Part shown: positions 8,260 through 18,710 of the stretch, one piece after another
Layout of the letters: each line of letters opens with the position of its first letter
Position numbering within the stretch: position 1 is the stretch's first letter
DNA from: Azolla caroliniana
Lineage: Eukaryota > Plantae > Polypodiophyta
NCBI GenBank assembly: GCA_043228905.1
Contig: JBHGNT010000442.1
Location: 1 to 25,199 of the forward strand
Reading direction: 5' to 3'
Length of the DNA: 25,199 bases
Notes under the pieces: generated by a model
The model's input: only the letters and a program-made list of their open reading frames with translations
Told to the model about the DNA's origin: nothing
The model's database searches: none
Position numbers and translations under genes: made by a program

Positions 8260-11200
8260 TGTTGGGAAACATGTCCCTTCAGATGGGAAGAGAAGTACCG
8301 TGTTGGTGAGTATCTCGACCGAGGCCAAAATAAAAAATTGAAACCAAAATAATAAATAAATAAAGAAGTATTGTATGTCTACTTCCTCTCTACTATAGTG
8401 ATCTGTTTTTTCTCGAGGTTTGTGGACCCCCGTGGTTTTTCCCATTTCGGGTTTTCCACGTAAAATATCAGTGTCTTTGTGTCTTCACGTTTTTCGTCTG
8501 TGTACTAGCTCTTGGTTTCTACACACGAATATGAACGTGTAACCGGTTGTGGCCGGTCAATTCCTAACAAAGTGGTATCAAAGCGATGGAAGACTCGTTC
8601 GACGGCATGTTTAAGCTAACCAGCTCCAACTACTCAGTGTGGAAGTCGAAGATGAGAGACATGCTCGTGTGCAAAGACCTCCGACTGTCGGTGTAGTTCA
8701 GGGATAAAAGACCAGATAAGATCGATCCAATGACTTGGGAAGTGTTGCATCTAAAGGCAGCCGCATATATAAGGAGGTTTATAGACATGAGTCTATACAA
8801 CAACTCCGACGAAGAAATAGAAGCAGACGTCCTATGGAAGAAGATCGACGTCATGTTCGAAAACAAGAACGTCGTGAACCGAGTCTCAGTATTTCGAAAA
8901 ATCATGAGGCTCTGGTATCAGGATGGCTCTAGTATGGCGGGGCACATCAATGCCTTCGAAGGATTGATGAACCAAACCACCTCTCTAGAAGTACCTCTGG
9001 CCGACGAGGTATTAGCATTACTGTTGTTGGGATCCCTTTCGGACAGCTGGGAGACACTCATTGTCACTTTGGGCAACATCGGCCCGAAAGGGAAGCATCT
9101 ATCCATAGAGCAGGTGAAGTCGAGCTTGCTGAATGAAGAAGCTCACCAAAAGGACCGTGAGTCCAATACCGACCAGAAGGCCTTAGTCACGGAAGGTGGC
9201 ATGATTCGGGGAAGAGGCCGAAATCAAAGTCCCCATAACCAAGATAAGTCGGGGACTAGGTTGAAGTCGAGGGGGAGACCCACATGCTTCTATTGTGGAA
9301 AGCCGAGGCACTTCCAGAAAAACTGCCGACACTTTTGAAAGGAAAAAGGGGGAGTTGATGGCATAGAGCCGAAGAAAATCCCAAACAGGAAGAACACCTC
9401 ACCAATCGCCACGAGTGAGGAGGAGTTGTTGCTCATAAGTGAGCAAAAAGAAGTGAATCTCGTAGGCGAAGAACCGACATGGGTGGTCGATTCGGGTGCG
9501 TCATTTCACCTAACCCCAGACCGAAAGTGCTTCTCATTGTACAGAGCCGGAGATCTCGGATCTGTAAAGATGGGAAATGAAGGAGCATGTTGAATTGTCA
9601 GTATTGGATATGTGTGTTTGGAAGCTTCAACCGGGTGCAGACTCGTGTTGAGAGATGTACGACACGTTCCGGAGGTTCAATTGAACCTAATATCAGTCGG
9701 TCAGCTAGATGATGTAGGCTACATGGGTAACATCCGAAACAATGTCATGAAGTTCTCACGAGGAAGCTTGATCATGGCTCGAGCCCGGAAAACCAACACA
9801 CTGTAAATATGAATGCTCGAATATGCTGAAGGGAAGCAAACATGGCAGCCGACACCGTCGGTGAACTATGGCACAGGAGGTTGTGCCATATGAGCTAGAA
9901 GGGGATGTGAAAGCTTGTCGAGCACAACCTCATTTCGGAGGTGAAGAACGTGCAACTTGAAAAGTGCACTGATTGCTTGGCCGGCAACCAGAATCAAACA
10001 TATTTCCGAACGAGGTCCACGATGAGGAAGGAAATGCCGTTGGAACTTGTTCATACGGACGTATGCTATGTGGACACGAAGTTGCATGGTGGTTCACAGT
10101 ATTTCTTGATCTTCATTGATGACTGTAGCCGGAAGTTGTGGGCTTCCATGCTAAAGACAGAGGATCAAGTGTTATCCGTCTTCAAAGAGTTCCAAGTGAG
10201 GGCCTAGAGAGAAACCGGCAAAAAACTAAAGGTAGTCTTAGCGGACAATGGTGGAGAGTACCGTGGACCGTTCGAGGAGTATAACCGAAATCTAGTCAGC
10301 CAAGTTAATACTCGGCAAAATCAAGAACTGACAGAAGAGCGAGGGGAAATGGCCGAACAAGAAACTGAATTCGAATCGACTGAAGAAGTCGAAGAAGATT
10401 TGACCATGCCGAATGGAGGCCGTAGATACCCCACACTGGAAGGTTATACTGACTCAGACATGTGGGCTGATGTGCATACCAGTTGATCCACATTTGGGTA
10501 CGTAATGACTTATGCAGGGGGAGCTGTTTCGTGGCAGTCGAGGCTGCAGAAGGTCATGGCGTTGTCGACCATGGAAGCCGAATATATGGCAGCAGCGGAA
10601 GCCGACAAGGAAATCATATGGATGAAGGATTTTATCAATGAGTTGGGAATCCAACTTCATTGCGATAATCAGAGTGGCATCCACCTTGCGAAAAATGCCG
10701 CCTACCACTCGAGGACCAAACACATCCAGAGAAGATATCATTGGCTCCGAGAGTGAATAGAAGAAAATGAGTTTTCTCTAGTGAAGATTCACATGGCCGA
10801 AAATGGATCGGATATGCTGACAAAGGTGTTGTTAGCCGAAAAGCTAAACGTGTGCCGATAGAGAGTCGGTTTGGTGAAGTACCCCATGCCAGAGTGAAGG
10901 GGAAGTTAGTTGGGAAACATGTCCCTCTGGATGGGAAGAGCAGTACCGTGTTAGTGAGTATGGTGGCTGAGGCTGATAGACCAAGGCCGAAATCGAAAAT
11001 CGAAACCGAAACCGAAACCGGAAATTGAATCATTTCGGAAGACTATAATTGTAAATAGTCAAAAATGCCTCTTGGGGGCTATACTTGTAAATAGCCAGAA
11101 AGTTGCTTTTGTTTATAAGCAACTAGGGCAAACCTTATAGAGATAGTAGTTGATCATTAGTGTAAAGTTAGAACAAGGTAGTTGCCTCTGTAACCATGAG

Positions 11201-11471
11201 TGAGAGAGTGAGAGTGTAACTTTGTAGCCGTCTGTCAAACGAAGGAGAACTCGAGGTCGCTGCCTCTGAGTTCCGTATTTGTACTTCCTCTCTACTATAG
11301 TGATCTGTTTTCTCTCGGGGTTTGTGGAACACCATGGTTTTTCCCATTTCGGGTTTTCCACATAAAATATCGGTATCTCTGTGTCTTCACGTTTTTCGTC
11401 TGTGTACTAGCTCTTGGTTTCTGCACACAAATATGAGCGTGTAAACGGTTGTGGTTGGTCGATTCCTAACA
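8260..11471 (+). mobile_element. Ty1/copia element C (Tork/Tnt1-like), both LTRs present, internally deleted and lacking RT
   Basis: 5' LTR 8260-8569, PBS TGGTATCAAAGC at 8573, PPT near 10892-10907, 3' LTR 10908-11471. Perfect TSD CTAAA at 8255-8259 and 11472-11476. Confidence 0.93.
8586..10897 (+). pseudogene. gag-pol: Element C gag-pol pseudogene (Gag, protease, partial integrase, RNase H)
   Basis: MFKLTSSNYSVWKSKM gag start, CFYCGKPRHFQKNC knuckle, WVVDSGASFH protease, LWHRRLCHMS and LELVHTDVC...DNGGEY integrase, LEGYTDSD...CDNQSGI...HSRTKHI RNase H. Many stops; no RT motifs. Confidence 0.9.
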
Positions 11472-11613
11472 CTAAATACATTGGAAAAAGGTAAAATGTC
11501 AGTCAATGAGTATGCTTTGAAAATAAAGAGCATATGTGAGTCACTTGCTTCTATTAATGTGAAGGTAGAATATAATGATTCAATAGAAGTATGCTTAAGG
11601 GGCTTAGGACCTC

Positions 11614-11842
11614 TGTTGAGAATCAAACTCAACTTCTCGTGAGTAGGAACACACTCTAGGATACTCAAGTGTGTGAACACCCCACCTCCTTATATAGTAA
11701 CTAGTGTGTCATCGAAGTTAATGTCCTAGACACATATTCCTTAAGTAGTTAAGTCACGACTTCTTTCCCAAGAGGTTGTACTAGTGAGAGAACTTAGAGA
11801 GAAGGTGACTACATACGCATCTTCTCCCTCTTTGTTGTACTA
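11614..11842 (+). mobile_element. LTR B2 (same family as B1), interrupted by element D
   Basis: Starts TGTTGAGAATCAAAC and aligns with 7693-7920 at roughly 80% by eye. Similarity stops at 11842. Confidence 0.85.
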
Positions 11843-12466
11843 TGAAGGAAATAGCGCGGAATATTGCTCGGCCACAACCGAGTCTTGAATCATTTCAATG
11901 AGAATCACACACAGAAATATGAAGTAGGGAGTGAACACACGTACACACAACAAACAACAATAGAGAACATAAGATGTTTACGTGGAAAAACCTAAATAGG
12001 TAAAAAACCATGGGAGCCAACAGACTCCAAACTATCACTATATGAGAAAGATACAATCAGAGACTCAGAGGCAACCACCTTGAGCTCTGTATCTTCGCCA
12101 AGCGGCGGTTATAACAGAGTATCGCTATGTGTCTCTCTTTCTCTGCCTCTTTCGCTCTCTATCTAACAATATACAACAACAACCACCATAATAACAATGT
12201 GATTACCCCTAAGTCATATTTATACTTATATGAATTTTGGGCTATTTACAAATATAGCCTTAGTGGGCTTATCCTAACATATTTACAAATATGTCCTTGG
12301 ATCCGGTTCACACAAGATCCATCTGGAATCACTGATTCCAGTTTCCAAATCTTATCCGGAACACTTCTTCATCTGGATCCCATCCGGAGGGACTGAATTT
12401 CCAACAAACTCCCCCTTCACTCCGACATGGGATTTCTCGTTAATCCGATCCGTTTCCTGCACGCGT
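11843..12466 (-). mobile_element. 3' end of Tork-like copia D (3' LTR 11843-12406, PPT, end of pol), interrupted by gypsy E
   Basis: Minus strand reads ACRKRIGLTRNPMSE* (compare CR*RVGLVKYPMPE* in C), then PPT GTGAAGGGGGAG, then LTR TGTTGGAAAT...TTTCCTTCA with a GGTTTTTCCACGTAAA-type U5 motif resembling that of C. Confidence 0.85.
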
Positions 12467-13100
12467 TGTCATGGAGAAAACCGTCCCTAGGAGGAATCAA
12501 TGAATGGTGTGCGTGAACCGGCCCTTACACACGGGCACATGTTTTGATATATTTACATACATAGTTAAGTACATGACGGCGATGTAATTATCCTAGGTAG
12601 CACTAATTCATTAAGCAGGGAATCGAAGAGGATCCTTGTCCGAAAGGACAGAGAATAACAGTGATTTAACAGTCTGTAAACGGCTCTCTCCTTGTGCTAT
12701 AAAAGGAGAGGAAAGGGGCCTAAGGGGGGGATCGCGCATTTTAGAGAGGATGAAGTGTTGTCAGACTGGGAACTGAGCTCTTTCCTCCACCATCGTTGTT
12801 GCCGGGATTTTGGGGGTTAGGTTGGCTGCCTTTGCTGAGTGAAAGACCACGTGCTTCTGGTAGAGGCTCCACCACGTATTTCAGGGTGTGTGTTCGTCTG
12901 TGTCGAGTTTATCACCGGCTTGCCGGTTGTAATATTGCAGGTTGTAATCTATATTGTTATTGGATTCGATTCTTTTATTTTCTGTCTCTCTGTGTTTCTA
13001 CGAGTCTCTCTCTTTCTCTCTCTCTCACGTTCCTTGGTTCAGGTCCCCCGCGGCCTCGCCTTATTTCCTACGCGTGCGCGTAACAACATGACATACAATT

Positions 13101-13119
13101 TGGTGAACCCGACGTGAAT
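13101..13119 (+). promoter_or_regulatory. Primer binding site complementary to tRNA-Trp
   Basis: TGGTGAACCCGACGTGAAT is the reverse complement of the plant cytosolic tRNA-Trp 3' end (...AUUCACGUCGGGUUCACCA, recalled from memory). It recurs at 25129. Confidence 0.8.
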
Positions 13120-13141
13120 TAAGGCAGCAGAGGAATAAAAA

Positions 13142-15230
13142 ATGAGGGGATCAGAGCTCGCCGAGGCCATGGCGGCAACCGTCGATCGGATAGTAAGTGC
13201 TCATGAGGGCACGAGCGCCCTCGATAGGGCCATCGAAGCAATTGTCGGCACAATAGGCCGGTTCGATGGGAAGGACGCCACGAGTTATTTGGTGCCCTAC
13301 CGGGCCGAGATGGTGATGAGGGACATCCCGGAAGAAATGGGTATGGCTGGGTTCCCTCGAGTAGCGACACTGGGCATCCACGCAGAGGTGCTCGAGGTGC
13401 AGGCTGGATGCCAGACCTAGGGAGAATTTATAGCGCAGCTCCTCGAGCAGTATGGGTTTGATGACACGCTTTGGTTATCAAAGTGGGACTTTATGGATTG
13501 GGTAGAGACCCCAGAAAAGGGGAGGAATGCTTCGCACAACTTTCGACGCTGGACAAGACCGTACTAGACACGAGCCGTGTCCTTTTATTCGTCAAAGCTG
13601 TGGACGTGCAGGATTGGGAGCAAGTGGGTCTTTTGCTGGAGACGGACGATGGGCTGACGGTTGACTGGGCCGTGGTAAAGGGGGTCTGTGGCCGTTTCAA
13701 CAAACGGCGTGAGTGGGTTGACAAGGGCTCGTTGGTGGCAGGAGGGGTTGCGGCAAGAAACCTCAAGGGACCCCTGCCGGCGTGCAAGGAGGAAACCGGG
13801 GGCTAGCTTCAGACGGGCTCGTCCAGCGTGGTCAACGGCCCGTCTAGCGGAGCGGCTCTAGAAGAGCTGATGCAGATGGTATGAGACCTCCAGATTGCAC
13901 AAGCAAGGAGGGACGATGACGAGCAACCTCGCGACTGAAGGCCTCCAGGTGGGCATCAGTGCTTGTGGTGCGACGCGTCGGTCATGTCCAGAAGGACTGA
14001 GTGGACTTCGCAGAAGCAATAAGGGCTAATGTGGTGTACCTATGGAATAGGAGGGTGCATGCTAGCGAGACCCAGAGAGCCCTAGAGCTGAATATCAGAC
14101 GGGGAGGGATGAAAAGACTGATGGAAGAAGCGGCGGCACGCCACGTGGAGCCCATCCACTACTCGGCGTCGGCAGGAATCCGGGTCGGGAGTGACGAAAG
14201 CCAGAAGACAAAAGACTCCGGGTTCTGGCCGATAGTGCTAGAAGGCCTCACCGGTGTGTGGTTGAGAAGGGAGGAAGCGAACCGTGCGGAAAGACGGGTC
14301 CAGGAGGTCACCGGGTGGAGCGATCCGGTCGAAGAAAAGACTGGCTTCGTGGAAGCCGCGTGCCGGAACTACAAGGTTCTAGTAGAAGACAAGCGTGCGG
14401 GAAAGGTCGGGGGGGCCGGACCCTCGCAACGGTACGAGACCCAGTTCGGGCAAAAGCAGAATGTCACCGGTGCTGCCGGCACACGGGATAAAGCAAAGAA
14501 AGCCGGTTGCCAATTGGGCACCGAGATTGAAAGAACCACGGACCTACAGAAGGTCTTAGAAGAGCGGATTCTCGACAGCAAGGTTGAGTTATCGTTGCGG
14601 GAAGTGTTGGGGATCACAAAGAAGGAGTTCCACGATTCTATCGTGGACTTGGTGAAGTGGAAGTGGATCTCGACGGAGCTGGAACCTAACATGCCCGTGG
14701 AGGTGCGGACGACGTGCCTAGAAGACACGACCCTAGAGGACGAGTTGGCGGAAAGCCATTATTCAAAGTTACACTGGGCCAAGGCCACAACAAAGACCCC
14801 TATTCGGATCGGCGACGTCCAGGAGCAGGTGGTGGCGTTAATAGACCACGGCTCGGAGATCAACTTGATGTCCATGGATTTCTACAAAAAGGGGAAGTGG
14901 CCCATCAACACCAAGCACGGCTGGAAAATACTCGCGGTGACACGCGCTACGGAGGAACTGCACGGGGCATGCTCGAATGTAAGCGTAAAGATTGGGGATG
15001 TCGAGATTGACCAACACTTCTTCGTGCAAGAGACGTCCTCACACCTGGTGATTCTCGATGAACCATACATAACGGCGGCGCGCATGGAGACCAAAGTGCT
15101 TGACAACGGTTTGGCGTACATGCGCGTCAAAAGCCAAGACGGACGTCGCTTCGTCCAATTCCTGACCGTGCAAGCAAACCACAAGCGTAATCGCGAGACG
15201 CTTGGCAGCGAGAGCCGAGGGGATTTTTAG
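13142..15230 (+). pseudogene. gag: Element E ORF1, Gag plus aspartic protease, disrupted
   Basis: ATG just after the PBS, GRFDGKDATSYL gag motif, broken CLWC...GH...C knuckle near 13960-14000, ALIDHGSEINLM protease. Stops and frameshifts in the 5' half. Confidence 0.85.
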
Positions 15231-15286
15231 GGAGGACTATCAAGGCGTGGGGCCGCGATAGTCCAGGCACCATGGAGAAACCCCAC
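15221..15286 (+). promoter_or_regulatory. Predicted -1 programmed ribosomal frameshift signal (G_GAU_UUU plus stem/pseudoknot), element E
   Basis: Heptamer at 15221-15227 directly before the ORF1 stop; pol is in the -1 frame. 6-nt spacer, perfect stem GGACTATC/GATAGTCC, and loop GTGGGG complementary to CCCCAC at 15281-15286. Confidence 0.75.
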
Positions 15287-18200
15287 ATGTGTACCATAGG
15301 AAGGAAGCCCTATACTATAAATAGGAAATTTTGGTTCTCCGACAATGGAGGTTGTACGATAACCGGCATCAACGGCCGAGAGAAGAAACAGGCAAAGGAA
15401 CGTCTCAAGGCGTGCAGAGTCCTAGGCCCCGACGATGAGATTGGTGGACCCGTGGAGGCAGTCTTTTTCGACGACACCTTGGGGGAATTGAAGGTGTTCA
15501 AAGAAGGCCTCAGCGAAGATCGGACGATTCCAGTTAATTCAGAAAAGATGTACGAAGTCATCGCCTACTTTAGGGAGAGGGTCGAGTTGGATCGGACGGC
15601 CCATGTGCATACGAAGTACAAGACTGTGGACCGGAAGGTGAGGCCAGTCACGGCACCCTTGCCAGAGGGCAGCGAGTTACAGATGAAAGGGGTTACGTCA
15701 AACCCAAGTCTACGGGATCCGGCCGGCATAGGAAATCGGTTCACCGACATAACGCTATAGGAGATCAAGGTTGGTGGGCGTAGCTTTCTACTGCCGGCAG
15801 AGGAGGAATGGTTTCAGGGAATGCTCGGGAGGCACGAGAAGGCCTTCGCATTCTCGCCAGAGGAGATCGGGTGCGTGGACCTAACGATCGTTGAGCCGAT
15901 GGTTATCTTTACAGTACCGCATGTGCCGTGGAATCTCAAACCGATTCCAGTACCCAGAGCTCACATCCCGAAGTTGATGGAGCTAATGAAGCAGAAGGTG
16001 GAGATGGGCATCCTCGAACCGTCGAGTGCCCCATACTCGAATCGGTGGTTTATCGTGCCTAAGAAGAATGGCACGTTGCGCTTTATCCAAGACCTCCAAC
16101 CGGTCAACAGGTGACCATTCGGAACGTAGGGATCGGGCCAACCATTGACGAGTTTGCGGAGGCCTTCGCCGGAAGGTCAATTTACTCTGTTGGAGATCTG
16201 TAGTCGGGGTACGACCAGTTCCAACCAGCCGTAGAAAGCAGAGATATTATGACGATGCGGACTCCTCTCAGCCTAGTGCAGATGTGTACCCTTCCGCAAG
16301 GAGGGACAAACTCAGTAGTGCACATGGTGAATGCGATGAATAAGGTGCTAAGGGACTGCATCCCGGGCATCACCATGCCGTTTTTGGATGACATTCCGAT
16401 CAAGGGATGTCCGGTGGAGGATAATGACGAAATGGTCTGACCAGACGGGTGTCGAAGATTCTTCTCGGACCACATCGGAGACTGCGAGAAGGTGCTACAG
16501 AAGCTCGAAGGCACGTGGTTGACCTTCTCCGGGGAAAAGTCGACTTTCGGACAGTCGGAAATCATCGTCATCGGACACCTGTGCGGGCCTTACGGACGGA
16601 AACCGTCCTTGGCTAAGGTGGAAGCCATCTCCGCGATCAAGGACGATTGCGGGTCGGTTACGGAAGTTCGAAGGTTCTTGGGGGCGTGTGCGTTCTATCA
16701 CATCTGGATTCCGCACTACGCACACGTCACGGAACCACTCTACGGGTTGCTGAAGAAGGGGCATAAATTCGAATGGAGCAAGGAGCATACGGAGTCGATC
16801 CGGAGACTGAAGGAGGCGCTTACTGCGGCACCGGCTCTCCGGAAAGCGGTTTACGGCAAGGAGGTCCCAATGTACGTAACCGTAGATACGAGCCCGACCG
16901 GGATAGGATGGGTGATCAATCAGGAGGACGAGAGCGGCACGCGGTTCCCGATCTGGTTCGGGGTGAAGGTTCTCAGTTAGCAACAACGAGGATACGCCCA
17001 AGTTAAGCGCGAACTATGGGGTATTGTTTCGGCGGTCAAGGCTGATAAAGACTACTTGATCGGGACAAAAGTAATCATCGAGATGGACTGCCTGCCGATC
17101 CTCAGTATGGTTTCCGGATGCGCGACTCCGGATCTGGCAATGCTCAGGTGGATTGCATACATTAAGTCCCTGGATTTGGAGATACGACACATCTCCGGAA
17201 AGGACAACACCATGGTTGATATGCTTTCTAGGGCGCGGTTCGAAGACGAGAATGGCATGGTTTCGGAGGACGAAGAAGTCGGCGTAGACTTCTTTGAGTC
17301 AGCTCGCGTAGCGAGAAGGGCAGGGAGCACTCCGGCGCTTAACGAGTTCAACGAGAGCGAGTACGATGGGGAGTGGCTCCAGATCGGAAGGTACCTGAGG
17401 ACAATGACACCGAACGCGGCATGGACCAGAGAGGAGGCTAACCGGATCCAGAAGAAAGCGTACCGATTCTTCCTACGAGACAGAAGTATATGGAAGCTCC
17501 CAAAGAAGCAAGGTGGTATTCCACTCCACGTAGTGGCGAGAAAGGACGAGCAGGACAAGTTGTTAATGGCGTACCATGAGAGTTCTTGGGCCGGACACCG
17601 CGGGACATGGGCCACATTCAAGAGACTGAAAGAGAAGTATTGGTGGTCGGGGCTGTACCGAGATGTGTACCATTTCGTGACAACGTGCGAAAGCTGTCAA
17701 CTGCACTCCACAGTCCGACATCGAGATGAGCTACACCCGACCTACCCGCCAACCGCCCATTTCAAGTGGATGGTAGACTTAGTGACGATGTTGATGGGGG
17801 TAGGACAGATGCGGTACCTGGTGCTAGCTCGAGAAGATCTGACGAACCAGGTGGAGGGCCGAGCATTACCGAATAAGACGACCACGGCTGTATGCCTGTT
17901 CCTAATCGAGGAGCTGGTGTGCCGGTACGGGTGCGTAGGAAAGATTGTAGCAGATCGTGGAGAACTGGATGCACAGGAGGCCGAAGAGCTGTTTGAACGG
18001 TTAGGGGTTAAACTCTCGCGCACTACGGCGTACAATCCGGAGGAAAACGGGAAGGTGGAATGCGGACACGGGCCAATCGTAAAGGTGTTGGTACAGTCAT
18101 GCGGAGGCTAGGTCGGGATTTGGTCGCGGCTCCTACCCTACGCACTATGGGCAGACCGGACGACGCATAGCTCGGTGACCGGGTACATGCCGGGAGAAAT

Positions 18201-18710
18201 GATGTATGGGCAGAAACCGGTCGTGCCGGTGGAACAGACAATTTCCTCGTGGGCGGCGATAGATTGGAGGAACGAGATGAGCCGGGAAGAGCTGTTGACA
18301 GCATGGATTCGACAGCTCGAGCGAAGACCGAAGGACGTGGAGCGGGTAGAGGCGAACCTGCAAACGGCGAGGGAGAGGAACAAAGGCCGGTTCGCCAGAC
18401 ACACCGGCTGCGACCAAAGAAGATTGAAGAAGGCGACTGGGTGCTGGTGTACGACAACAACCTCGATAACCAACACAAGGTGACGCGCAAATTCGCGAGG
18501 AGGTGGTTCGGGCTCTACGCCGTAACGAGCGCGAACGACAATGGCACCTACCATCTTGTGGAGCTCGACGAGACGCGGTTAACAGTACTAGTTGTCCGGA
18601 AGCGGATCAAGGTGTTCAAGAAGTGGCACGAGGACGAGCCGGACCTGGGGAGCGAGGACGACGATGATGACCAGTTCGGAGCGGGTGGCGAACCGGAGAG
18701 CAGAAGATAA
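15227..18710 (+). pseudogene. pol: Element E ORF2, RT-RNase H-integrase, disrupted
   Basis: Collinear with the intact F pol (PFLDDIPIKG, VDTSPTGIG, H...H...CESC, WMVDLV, IVADRGE) but with stops at about 15758, 16201, 16438, 16978 and 18109 and frameshifts near 16112 and 18398. Confidence 0.92.

Larger units (their letters stand above)
7488..11613 (+). pseudogene. gag: Copia A gag, split into 7488-7692, 8103-8259 and 11477-11613 by later insertions
   Basis: Removing B1 and C, with one TSD copy each, restores one frame: MAVENGNQILTEKLDKTNFHAWKFRM...KDWNQR/ARKMLHWLSLSISD...NTKARKLQLKTKL/NTLEKGKMSVNEYALKIK...LRGLGP, with two internal stops. Confidence 0.88.

Noticed and set aside
7693-11842. B1 and B2 as the two LTRs of one element
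   Set aside because: B1 has its own TSD, copia A gag resumes between them, and they are only about 80% similar.
10908-12406. C 3' LTR and D LTR both 564 bp, suggesting an inverted pair
   Set aside because: They share only short motifs; they belong to related but distinct families, and C is closed by its own TSD.
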